Shown here piece after piece: positions 11,655 through 23,312 of a DNA stretch of 35,335 nt (position 1 is its first letter; each line of letters begins with the position of its first letter). Below the pieces are notes generated by a model, which saw only the letters and a list, made by a program, of their open reading frames with translations, was not told the DNA's origin and did not search any database. Origin of the DNA: Patellaria atrata CBS 101060 (taxonomy: Eukaryota); the NCBI GenBank assembly GCA_010093705.1, contig MU006097.1:1154715-1190049 (forward strand), given 5' to 3'. The translations under genes and the position numbers were made by a program.

Positions 11655-13557
11655 ATGATACGTCGGGGTCGAAAGGAGGGATGGTTTAAGAACCCTATCA
11701 CTACATTCCGTCCTTGGGCGGAATTCAATGGAACCAAATTCGATGGTATTCGAATAGGTCCTTTGCGAGGGTTGGAAAGTCGCGGTTCGTGTGTTATTGC
11801 TACTCGCGATTTAAGTCATGAAGATGACATACCTCTGGTTGTCGTACCAAATGACTTGATCTTGTCACTCGAGGGAGTGCAACTTCAGGCAAAATCTGAC
11901 AAAAGACTACATGAGTTACTGGAGGCTCTGGGACATTTTGGGAAGGTAGGTGACGTGAAATGCATTTTGCATTCTGTCCTTATTTAATAGTCAGATTATT
12001 TTCACTTTAGCTTCTCTTATCACTTCCCCTGTGATGGCACTTCTGACTTTCTAAATGCTTGCGATGGGATGTTTTCTATCTTTAGCTCGTGCAATCTCAT
12101 GAGACGAATTTGAAATTATCTAGTTTTTATACATCAAGCGTATCATGCGATTCTTCTATTTCTACCTAGTCCGTTCAGACATTCTCAGTTATTCTTACTC
12201 TTCAAATAGACAACCAGAGGTGCTGTGTTGACCTTTCTATTGTTACAAGCTACTATTGCTTGCCCTGATATTCCGACAGGAACTGGTGTCCAGAGCCCTT
12301 TAACTGAGTAAATCACACAAAATCATTCTGTATTCTCAGTTAACTAACAAATTTAAGATACGTCAAGTTTCTACCTGAAGAGATGCTCCCAACATTCTGG
12401 AGCGAAGAGGAACGTGAACTTCTCATTGGCACTACTCTGAAACCTGCTGTAGAAGCTAAACTTCAAAGTCTACAGAGAGAATTCGGTATGCTGAAAGAAA
12501 CCACTCAAGCAATTGAATGGTGTGCGAAGTACTGGTGGGATGACGAAGAGGGCTTTGTCACATTCGACGATTGGAAACAAGTCGACGCTATGTATAGGTC
12601 TCGAGCACTAGAGTTCCCTGGCATTGGAGATGCAATGGTGCCTTGTGTTGATATGGCCAATCACGCTGCTGGTGCAGCTACCATGGCACTTTACGAATCA
12701 GATAATAGTGGGAATGGTATATTACTACTTCGTGAGGAGAAAATGGTGAAGGAAGGGAATGAGATCACGATAACGTAGGTCACAGAATAAGCCGACGCCC
12801 AAATTATACTATAGCTAATAGGTAACCAAGGTATGGGGATGAAAAGGGTGCATGTGAAATGCTTTTTTCTTACGGATTCCTTGAAACATCAATGAATACA
12901 GCCAGCGTGATGTTTCTCGACGTCAAAATACCAGAAGATGACCCTCTCAAAGCGGCAAAGATGGCCATATCGAACTCTGCTCCAGGCATAAGGATTTTCG
13001 ATAAGGGTGAAAGTACTGACTGGGAAAGCGATTTCATGTGGCTGATATGCATTAACGAGGAAGACGGACTTGAGTTTGATGTGATGCAGACAACAGATGG
13101 GGATAGAGAAATTCGAGCATCATGGAAAGGTACAGAGCTGCTTGACCCCTCAAAGATAAGGGAGCTTCTACAAGCGGACCCAATGTGGGATGTTTACAGA
13201 CTTCGAGCTACTGCGATTGTCCAGGATCGAGTTGAAGCACAATTGCGGTTGCTATTCGCCAGTGAAGACTTCATCACCGATTCTCTTTCGAACAATAATG
13301 GACGAATTACGCAAAATATTGCCTCATTGGCTGGGAAGCTGCGGAGACTCGAAACAGAACTGTTAGAACGAGCATACGGTGAACTTGAGGACCAGGTAGG
13401 TTATTTCTTCGCTGACGTATGTCCCGGCTACACTTACAGCTAATCAAAACAATTACTGGGCATGCAGAAGATCGCCATAGCCAATTCAGACGTTGTTAAA
13501 AGCTATTTAGAGTTCATTTCTCAAGGAACGACTGTTTTGGACGAAGACTTCTCTTAA
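11655..13557 (+). CDS. SET-domain protein lysine methyltransferase (RuBisCO-LSMT/Rkm-Efm-like), ~486 aa; exons 11655-11945, 12210-12307, 12358-12774, 12831-13395, 13468-13557
   Basis: Motifs YRSRAL, MVPCVDMANH and EITITYG..GACEMLFSYGF (joined across intron 12775-12830) are the SET and post-SET signatures of this family. All four introns are GT-AG with branch sites. Confidence 0.88.
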
Positions 13558-15450
13558 GGCGAGCAGTTCGGACCCTCAACTGAGTTCTACCCCAGACTTT
13601 CCCCGCGTTCAAAGTCGGAGATGCAGAGACAGACACAACACCAAACCCATTGAGAGTTGGCGCACATGCAAGTCGATGAAATATTTCACGAATGTCTAGA
13701 GAGCAACCTCAAGGCGATTGTAAAGCTGCATGATCACCCGAAAAGCGATAGAAGGATAGGACCACGAGGAATTGATTTAGTTCTACGACCCTATTCGGAT
13801 CTGGAGCAATGTGTCACTCTCTGAGATGTTGACACGGGCAATACCGTCAAGAGAGGAATCAGTTCCGCATAGCTGAATATAGCTCGCGTGGTGTTTTCAG
13901 CTCTTGGTAGGATCGTATGATAATTATTCGTCGAATGTTCTAAACTTCTACAAGATGTAAGCACATGTACCTTACGCATATTTACTTGACATGCAGGTGG
14001 TGCATTTCTGCATGAGGGGTTTACTATTTTCATGGCACACGAGGTGGCTGGAAGGGCGAGACCCTAAGTGCAACCTTTTCGAAAATGATGCACACCATGT
14101 TGATCTCAACAGAACGATGATGTATCTCTAGTTTCCAACTACTAGGACTCCTCGCTTGATGCTGTCATGCGGTGAGCATTCCGATTTCTTAGCAAAGTAG
14201 CCATTTATCAAATGTATCTTCTTGGTCTCTATTTGGGTACATACAGTTGGCGATCTCTGCTATTCAAGGCTCAATTAGGTGCTGATCTTTTAATGCGTTA
14301 GAAGAGTTGAGGGTTGAGGAAGGCAGACTGGTCATCATCACCGGAGGTATCTCAAACAACTGGGAAAGTGCCGAGAAAAAGCACCAATAACGGTACTGGA
14401 GTTTGTTTCTTTCTCTTCCAAAACGGCAGTGAACGGGTCGGTCGCCACGAGGGCTGACTGCTGAGTGCTGTGCTGAGTGCTGAGCGAGAGAGAAACCCAA
14501 GTCTATGTATTTCTTGGGACCCCAGATGAACTAGGATACCCCCACCAACATTCGTCTTACCGTCTTCTTGAAAGCCGAACCCGGAATGTCACTTCACGGC
14601 TCGTGACAGAGTTCCATACAGATCCCACACGTCTAAATCCTGAAATACGACGGAAAGCTCAACGATACTATCATAAGTACTAACGGTACTCAAGATCTTC
14701 CAGCAATCATAGCGGACGGGCCAATGTTGGAACATTGTGCCTGATCCGACACTTTGAATTCATCTCGAAGATTGTTCTGATTTGTATTTGGACAAGTACT
14801 CCGTAGGCGGATAATATCGGAAAGCCAACGAACGGCCCAACAGGAGAATTCAACCGGCGTTTGTTAGCTCGATAGCAAAGTGACATCCATAGCAAATCCC
14901 CCGCGCTCGTCAGCCTACCCCAAGGCTCCTCAAGCCCCCCCTTGGCCCATCCTTTAGGTTCCTTGACTTCCTTAACGGCATATCCACGCACGTTCTGGAT
15001 CAAATTTTAAGTTACTTCATCTCTCTTAAACCCATTGCGGTCTAGTCTGTTGCCAAAATCTGGAGAACGAGAAGGCAAGTGAAGCCTGACTGAGCGCATA
15101 CTAAAATACCGGGGGTTGGCTTACGGCCTTCGATCCCATATCGTTCGGTGCATGAGCACTTTACTTCATACAACTCTCACACCCACCCACCTCAGACGTA
15201 AACTTCACACGACTATCCTCTTTGTTGACCTGGATAACTTCAAGACTGTCATCGAAACCCAAGCCCTTCGCTTCAACACTCGGACTCCTATCCAAACTTA
15301 ACAACATCTGAAAAGATTTGGTGCACAACATCTCCATTACAGTCAGCTAACTTAAGCCGCATGCGCTCCACGTCTTGTCATCGAGGTACAATCGGCGGGT
15401 TTGAACAAGGTGCTACATACGCATAGCTAGGAACATCAAATCTTGTCACA

Positions 15451-18360
15451 ATGCCAGGCATACTACCGATGAAGGTGATCAAGGTGGGGTCCAGTGCTCA
15501 AGCACGCATTGCTCAAGCATGCGATCGGTGCAGGTAAGCTATGATGTCCTCCATGTTCTTTCCGATGTTTATCTAAATGATGATTGTTTAGGAGTAAGAA
15601 GATACGTTGTGATGGGATCCGTCCAAGTTGTACCCAGTGTGCAAATGTTGGGTTTGAGTGTAAGACCAGCGATAAGTTGAGCAGACGAGCATTTCCACGT
15701 GGCTACACAGAATCGCTTGAAGAGAGAGTCCGGTGCTTAGAATCCGAAGTCAGGGAACTGAAGGAGTTATTGGACGAGAAGGATGAAAAGATTGATATGC
15801 TGTCGAGAATACATTCGCACTCACCACAACCATTTTCTTCGCGAAAACCGTCAGCAACTTCAATTCCGGCGTCTAATGAAGGAAACGACGACATTCAGGA
15901 TAAAGACGACGTATTCAAGGTACAACAATCACCTCTACTACTAGACGACGAAAATGCAGATTCTTACTTTGTTGGTACTTCAAATGGCAGGACGTTGGTT
16001 GGTAAGTTCAACTTAAGTCGAATCATCCCCTGCTCGGCTTCCATTAATAGGTCCGCAGATTCTTTCAAGGCCAGACTTCAGGAGATGGGCAAACCGTGCT
16101 CTGATATTGTCACTGATACCTTTTTCGCTACCGAGTCACACGGGATCAAGTCTCCAAATACCCTACAGAAGCGAATTGTAACGTTCAAGGCACCTCCACG
16201 TCTGGTTTCAGACCAGATGATTAACATTTTCTTCCAAGAATGGGCTCCAATCTTCCCAGTCCTACATCGACCTACTTTTCTAGCTCTTTATGAGGACTAT
16301 GTCGCCAATCCCGAAGCACCCTTCGATAAGAAATCGGTTGCGCAGCTCAATCTGGTCTTCGGAATTGCTGCACTATCTGCGAATGTAAGACAGAAAAAAT
16401 TTCTGACAAATCGTTACTAAACTGCATACAGTCTCGCAACCCAGAAGAAGTTGAATCATTTGAGATGCAATGGCAAGCTGCTCTTGAATCTTTCATATTT
16501 GACAATTCATTGGCTACCCTGCAATGTCTCATTTTAGCAGAAATTTACTGCCTGCAAAAGGCCGATTACACCAAGTTACTAAAATACAAGGGCCTCGCCG
16601 TTAGTCTTGCTCACCGTCTTGGACTACATCAGTCGCAAAAGCGTTTTGCGCTTGGCGCGTTGAGCAGCGAGTCAAGAAAGAAGGTATTTTGGAGCTTGTA
16701 CACACTAGACTGGTAAGACGTCTTGATCAATCTCCGTATAACATACTAAACAACTTTAGTTTCTCTGCTGCACAGTTGGGACTCCCCAAACAATTCAAGG
16801 AGGAAGATATCCATTGTGAATATCCTGTAGATGCCGATGACGAATATGTTTCAGAAAAGGGATTTCTCCCTACTCTACCAGGCGAAACAACGAAGTTATC
16901 AAGTGCGCTTGCGCTATTCCGTATCTCCCGTATCTTGGCCAAGGTTCTTGATGAGCTATATCCTGCTTCGACAGCCCATGAGATATCTTTCCGGAAGATA
17001 GCTGCTCTATCAGACGAGTTGTCAGCCTGGTCAAAAGGCCTCGCCCCCCACTTGAGGTTACAGTTTGTACAAGATAAGCCAAGCACCAACACTATAAGCA
17101 GCCGTTCACCTATTCTAGTACGTACATGCCCATCGTTCCACTTGTGATATAATTAACGTTCTATAGTCTCTCGCATATCAATATGTCAGGTCGTTAATCC
17201 ACCGTCCTGCGGTTTGCGCCGGTTTAGGCGACAGGTCCTCAGCTTCAGTCGTCGCTCTTGCAGATACCTCAAAACATATCGTTCAGATATTGGAGCTCCT
17301 CGAGGAAAGAAGTCTCAGCTTTTCTTTTTGTCTCAGCAAACATGAATTACTCGTTCTAGCCGGTTTCGGCCTTCTGTTCCAGAGTCTAAAGCTGGATCGG
17401 GATGGCAAATTGATCAAAGACAATCAAAAATTAGTTTCTTCGATCTTGTCAATATTGGAGCGGGACAGTAGTTACTGCGCAAACGAATTCTATCGCGTCA
17501 GCCAGACAGTATTAGCGACTCCTAAGTCCCAACCATCACCAATGCTATCTCAACAACAGTCTGATAGTGCCATGCCGGCTCCGCAAGATCCATTTAGGGC
17601 CACTCCGAAACAACTTAAAGCAATTGCTTCCAGACTGATCAAACAGAGTGGAAAACCTCAACAAGACCTCAAAGAACCACGACGTGCGACTTTACCACAC
17701 ATAAGCCCAAACGGCATCACACAACACCGCAATCCCAGTCAGACCAGTATTTCTTCCCACCACTCCGAACCACCATTCCGCCCCGACTCCAGCGTTTCTC
17801 CCTTTGGGAACCGTGCTTCCCTCGCAGTGCCATCCAATGCACAACAACCTAATAAACAAAAACGATCATCAACAAATCACCAACTCCCAAATCTAGACTA
17901 TCTCTCCTTCGGTACAGATTACAGCAATCCACTAGGCACAACCTATCTGTATTCTCCACAACCTCCGGTGAAGCCGGAAGTTTCCAATGGTGACTGGGAG
18001 CGGCTACTCGGTAGCATCGACAATGGCCAAAATAACATCTACGACACCATCTATGGAGGAGCACCCGTGGAAGCGGTTCTTGACGTCCCACCCATGTCAG
18101 CATCTGCCGATGTTAATCTTGTCTGGCCGCAAGCTTTATGGAACCTCAGTTTGGACAGCCAGCCACCGCAGAGTGTACTTAGCTTCTCAGACGAAAGTCT
18201 CACCAGTGGTGGTGAAGAATACGGTGTTTCGGACTTTACCTCCAGCGCAGGCAGCGTGCCGCCACAAGAGACGTACAGGGGAATTATGATACCTGATTTG
18301 AGCCCCAGGAGCGGCGTAGGATTGGATTTCAACGGTTTGGATGGGGGTTTTGGACTTTAA
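15451..18360 (+). CDS. facB: Zn(II)2Cys6 transcription factor FacB/Acu-15/Cat8-like (acetate utilisation), ~883 aa; exons 15451-15533, 15592-16001, 16059-16384, 16432-16712, 16760-17117, 17167-18360
   Basis: The N-terminus [13 protein letters not shown]...[57 protein letters not shown] is characteristic of the FacB/Cat8 clade. A fungal-specific TF middle domain is present ([22 protein letters not shown]). Confidence 0.9.
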
Positions 18361-20093
18361 CTTCGTTCTCTCAAGTGTGATGAGGCTACACTTCTGACTA
18401 CACTTTTCACGATGACCTCACTAGTTTTACTGAGGATTCATGATATTTTCTATGTCTGTTCCATCTCTGAACCGGACAAGTTGGTATGTTTGATACTGGG
18501 CGGCTATCGTTTTGCTATTTGTAACCGTCAATTTTCCCTTTGGATACCACACCGGTCTTTCTTTTCACCGGATATTCTTGTTTCTATTCACGCCCTTGAC
18601 GAGTTAAAACGTGTTCTCTTTTTCATCCCAAGCGCCCTCGATTATTGTAGTTGTGTGATTGACGTTGAAGTATATATGGCCGGAATAAATATAGGGGCGC
18701 TAAGTTCATTGAAATGTGCCACCATCTTACAGTATATCTACGTGATGCCGAGTTCCGCGCGACCCCGTGTTTTTCCCCTTATTAAAAAGCACCATAGGGA
18801 CACACCAGCATGACTCGCGTGAATATTAACCGTTCTTCGCTGACGTTGTTTTATCCTTTGGGACCTTTGAGTGAATGTCAGGGCTAAGGTGCATGGAAAA
18901 ATAACGATCGTAGCCACCTTATATACAATATATATCTACCTTTTGAGGGAAACAAACTAGAAAGATTAACCGTTATATCAGAGTCGTTTTACCGGTTCCT
19001 CCTTTTTTTTCATGTCTTCTAGACCCTGAAAACGTAGTTCATCTTTTCTGAAGTAACAGGGACGGAGTTGAGATTTTCCCACCTCTCTCATTACCAGATT
19101 CAGGTCTAGATATTACCCTGTTCTTGATCTAGATCTTCCCCATCTGTCTTTTATAAAATATCTCGACGACCCCGTTACGTCTCATTTGAACCGGGGAAGA
19201 AAGGGGTGGTAGTTGGTCCCTTATAGAGAGAAGGTAGGATGGTCAATGATGGCGGGTTTGAATACCTGGTGTGGAAATAACTATCTTCCAAACCTATCAT
19301 ATCACAAGTAGTGCATCTTAGATCAACAGTGCAATGGATGATATAGTTTAAGAGACCGTCCTTTCTGCGAATGAGAGAGCATTGTTTGATGACTGGAACT
19401 GTTTGGAAGTCTACATGTTGCTTGCCCCCGGCGTAAGCAATAATACGCAGATCGCCGCCCTGAGTCCATTATTCCTCTTGGGAAGTTCCTTCTTACGAAA
19501 TGAAAGCAAAGGAGAGGGAAAGACCTTATTACGCCCTCTTGCTAATGCCAAAACGTCCTCTCTGTGTCTTTCGTTGCTGAAAACAGTCGTACATCTAGTC
19601 GGATCCAAAAACAGGAAACACTAATCATACAACAATGGGGGATATCAAAAAAAAAAGAAAAGCATAACTTGTCTGGCATAGCTGATAAAAAATAAAAGGA
19701 GAAGAAAGGTAGGTCCAATGAAGAAAGAGAATAGATGAGGAGATGAGATGAGGTCCGATTAACCTCCGTGAAGGTTTCCTCCCACACGGCGGATACGTCC
19801 CAAATAGGAAGTATGGGTGTGTAAAGGTTACGACACGACACGACACCAATACGCCTGCACTCCTCAACGCGCATCCCCAGAAAAGGTACATAAAGAGGGT
19901 CCAAATATCTGTACCGCTCACCCGCATCCCCAACCATCTCTTGAGCTCCCAACCCGGGGATTATCTAGCTGCATCGCGCCTCGATCTCGCGTCGTTCCGA
20001 CCACGAGCGAGGTCGCATTGCCAATCCCGCACCGCAGCGCAACCCACATGGACGGCAATCTGTAGGGGATATTGTGGGATGCGGAGAAACGAA

Positions 20094-20522
20094 CTAGAGC
20101 TCCACACCCTCCATATCGCGCATCAGCACCGCCATCTGCGCCCTCTTCGCCGCCTCGGCTAGGATGTCGTTCCCGCCGAACGCCTGCGACCGCTGGGCCG
20201 CGCCGGCTCCGTTCGGGCCCTGTGTGCCTCCCAGGGACCCGAAATATGGCCCCTGCGCAGCTTGCTGCTGGCTCGTGGGGCTGGGCAGGGGACCGGGCCG
20301 CTGGAAGAAGAGGGTTTGCGGGCTTGTGGCGCTGGCGTGGGAAGAGGAGGCGCTATAAGTTGGGCTGGTGGCGGACATGGTGCTCGTGGTTTGCAGGGAG
20401 GGGAGAGAGCTCGAGGATTGGAAGGCGGAGTTGCTGGCTGTGGAGGTTGCGGAGGAGGAGGCGGATGCGGGGAGTTGGGGGAGGGAGGGCCGTTGGGGTC
20501 GGTCGAAGGGATGGGAGGACAT
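20094..20522 (-). CDS. Small uncharacterised protein (~142 aa), S/P/Q-rich with a helical C-terminal motif
   Basis: ATG at 20522 in ACAATG context follows a CT-rich leader. The sequence is GC-rich and coding-like and ends in LAEAAKRAQMAVLMRDMEGVEL*, a motif I recall from hypothetical proteins of filamentous ascomycetes. Confidence 0.72.
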   Translation of the reverse strand: MSSHPFDRPQRPSLPQLPASASSSATSTASNSAFQSSSSLPSLQTTSTMSATSPTYSASSSHASATSPQTLFFQRPGPLPSPTSQQQAAQGPYFGSLGGTQGPNGAGAAQRSQAFGGNDILAEAAKRAQMAVLMRDMEGVEL

Positions 20523-21957
20523 TGTGTGGATTTTTGTGGTGTCAGTTCGTGGTGTGGCTTGCGATTGTTCGGGGGAATTCAGGGTGGGCGCGATAAGGTG
20601 GGTATGGAATGGCTTTTGGTGAATTTGGGAGTTGAAGGTTGTTTTGGAGATTGGAGGGGAAGAAGGGGGGTAGATAAAGAGAAATTTTGGAGTTTTGGCG
20701 ATACTGTCTGATGATGATCTGTCGCGAACCAAGGCACGAGGCACAAGGAATCCCGAATGCAGTGAGTGGACAAGACTGGTATTATAGACCTACTTTACGG
20801 TAGAGTGGTAGAGAACTGATTTCCCGCTCGTCTCTGAGCCTGAGGTCTCTTAGCGATCTTTTACCTTCTTCGGCATTAAAGATTGAGGTGGTTACTGTAT
20901 CATGGTATGGGTTACTGAGTTGCGCCTCGGATCTAGGTTTCATTAATATTCCGGGTTTATAAGTTAATTGTGCCCAGTGCTGAGGTGTGAGTCGTGTCTG
21001 CGATACTGCACGGTTACTGTAATGGGCTGAAGTCATAAAATGAGGGAAGTGGTGAAACTAGCAGTATGATGGAAGTCTGGGGTAGTCCATGGATGAAATG
21101 GTCTTGTTTCAACTTCAGATGCATCTCTTCCTCAAATTTCAGTTTTATTCTCATGTAAACGAAAGGCGAGGAATTAATTCCTAGTATTTCGCCTCAACTT
21201 GCACGTTTTCATCGCGCAGTGTGTGAAGATGATGAAACATCGTTCGTGTGAGGCACTTTTTCCCGATCTACGCCGTCTTATCCTCCTATATGATGTTAAC
21301 ATAAACACTAACGAAACGTCCAAGAGATCCTATCTATACTTAATAGTGAAAATTAGCACTTAGAATTTACTACGTTATATCGCTTAAAACGGCTAAGTCT
21401 TAACTCTTTAAACGTTTATTTAGTTACTAGTTATAATAATTTCTATTATATTATTATTAAAATATATATAAAATTAATAAAATTAAATAATTTATATTAA
21501 TTTATTAAGAATTAATAAAATAAAATTATATATTTTAAAAAAAAATCTTTTTATAAAAAATATTATAAATAAATTAACTTTTATTTTAAAAAATTATTAT
21601 AATAAAATATATAAAATAAAAATATTTTAAATTAATAATATAATTTTTTAATTTTTTAATTTTAAATAATATTTATAATAAAATAAAATATTAAATAAAA
21701 TATAATTTATTATAATAATAATTAATAATATAATAAATAAATAAATAAAAATTTATTTTAATATATATATAAATATATTTTTCTTTATTATTATATAAAT
21801 AATTTTTTAATTTATTATTTTTTTTAATAATAATATGTTATAACGGGAGTCTATACTTATCAAGACAGAACTGGATAAGTCTAGAAACGCGCCTGGCTTC
21901 TCACTCAACGTGGTCAACCACAAAGGTAGGTTCGGCAAAGTGATAGGATACGTATAA

Positions 21958-22057
21958 NNNNNNNNNNNNNNNNNNNNNNNNNNNNNNNNNNNNNNNNNNN
22001 NNNNNNNNNNNNNNNNNNNNNNNNNNNNNNNNNNNNNNNNNNNNNNNNNNNNNNNNN
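21958..22057. other. Assembly gap (100 N)
   Basis: Run of exactly 100 N, a typical placeholder for a gap of unknown size. Confidence 0.99.
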
Positions 22058-22162
22058 GGTAAGATTGATGGTAAGAATAACTACGAAGAATCTAAATACA
22101 TGAGGGAAAGACCGTCCTTAAATATTCCTATCCTCCATAGTCAATTTGGTTGCCTATACTCT

Positions 22163-22326
22163 GGTCGTTCTGGTCGTTTGGTCGTTTGGTCGTTCTCTAC
22201 GACCAAAACGTCCAAACGTCCAAACGTCCAAGTCATGTGATCCTCCCCGGTCGTTCTGGTCGTTCGGTCGTTTGGTCGTTCTCTACGACCAAAACGTCCA
22301 AACGTCCAAACGTCCAAGTCACGTGA
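22163..22326. repeat. Tandem duplication (78-bp unit, 86-bp period) built of 8-bp microrepeats inside the LTR
   Basis: 22163-22240 and 22249-22326 differ at only 2 positions. Each unit is (GGTCGTT[T/C])n-CTCTA-CGACCAAA-(ACGTCCAA)n. Confidence 0.92.
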
Positions 22327-23312
22327 CTCGCTGTTACCCGTTTCATCCGTAGTTCTCCCGAGTGGTGTTCCTTTCCTCCCCTCACTCGTTGTCTGCATGT
22401 TCCTACAACTTGTGGCCGTAACATAATAATATTATAATTAATTTATATTAAAAAATATTTATTATAATAAAATTTAAAATTATAATATTTAAATTTATAA
22501 ATAAAATTATTTATTATAACTATAAATTATAGAAATATATAAATAATAAATAAAAGAAAAAAAGAATTATTATTAATATAATAATATAATATAACTATAA
22601 TAATTATATTTTAACTATCTCTATTATTAACTATTAAGTATAAAGATTAAATTAAGAAATAATAATATTATAGACTAAATATCTATATATAATAGTTTTA
22701 TTTTATTAAGTTTTAGCTTAATTATCTTCTATTTAACTAATTAGCGTTTAAAGATCTTTTCCGCGTTTAATCTAGTAAAGATCTCTTATAAATAAACTAA
22801 ACACTTAATATAGAAAATACGGGATTAGTATTATAATATATTATTATATTAATTATAATATTATTATAATATTTTTTTAATAATTTTTATTTTTATATTT
22901 TATTTAATAATTTATTAAATTATTATATAATATTTTTATAATATTATTTTTTTTATATTTTTTTTTAATAATATTAATATTAAAATTTAAATTTAAATTT
23001 TTAGATAATTTTAATCTTATTATAGATTAAAAAGAGTAGAAATACTATTTCTATAGTAAACTCTACTAGGATAAATGGATCTTTCCTATAACGTGCTTAG
23101 AATAATAGCTAAGTATAAGTTGAAGGAAGGGGGGCTTTTCCAACCGCTAATGCTCTCCAATCTGTGCGACCAACAAGCAGAGTTTCTCTCTAGGGATCAT
23201 AACGTCAGACATCCGACACCCCTTACGGACGCCCGCGAACATCTCTCGCGGTAATTCTATGCGAACCCACACTTCAGCACAACCCCAAAGCTCCCCCCTC
23301 ACCATCTTCTCC

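Larger units (their letters stand above)
21836..22423 (-). mobile_element. LTR (solo LTR, or collapsed LTR retrotransposon spanning the 100-N gap), Ty3/Gypsy-like termini
   Basis: Termini are TGTTA (21836) and TAACA (22423). The same 5-mer TAATA flanks both sides (21831-21835 and 22424-22428). The minus strand begins TGTTACGG and has a TATTTAAGG TATA-like box near 22117-22125. GC content is normal inside an AT-only background. Confidence 0.82.
21340..23110. repeat. Extremely AT-rich block, probable RIP-saturated transposon relic (interrupted by an LTR)
   Basis: About 21430-21835 and 22424-23050 are almost entirely A/T with abundant TpA and sharp edges to normal-GC flanks. The original element cannot be recognised. 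Confidence 0.75.

Noticed and set aside
11946..12209. Unusually long (264-nt) first intron of the SET gene as a snoRNA host or poison exon
   Set aside because: No clear C/D or H/ACA box arrangement and no internal donor to define an extra exon.
13558..15450. About seven SYGGRG (CreA-type) motifs upstream of facB
   Set aside because: Roughly the number expected by chance for this degenerate hexamer on both strands of 1.9 kb.
19817..20711. Several overlapping plus-strand ORFs of 64-174 aa
   Set aside because: They are antisense shadows of the GC-rich minus-strand gene and its UTRs.
22426..22865. 17-bp inverted match within the AT-rich block
   Set aside because: Expected by chance in a two-letter sequence of this length.
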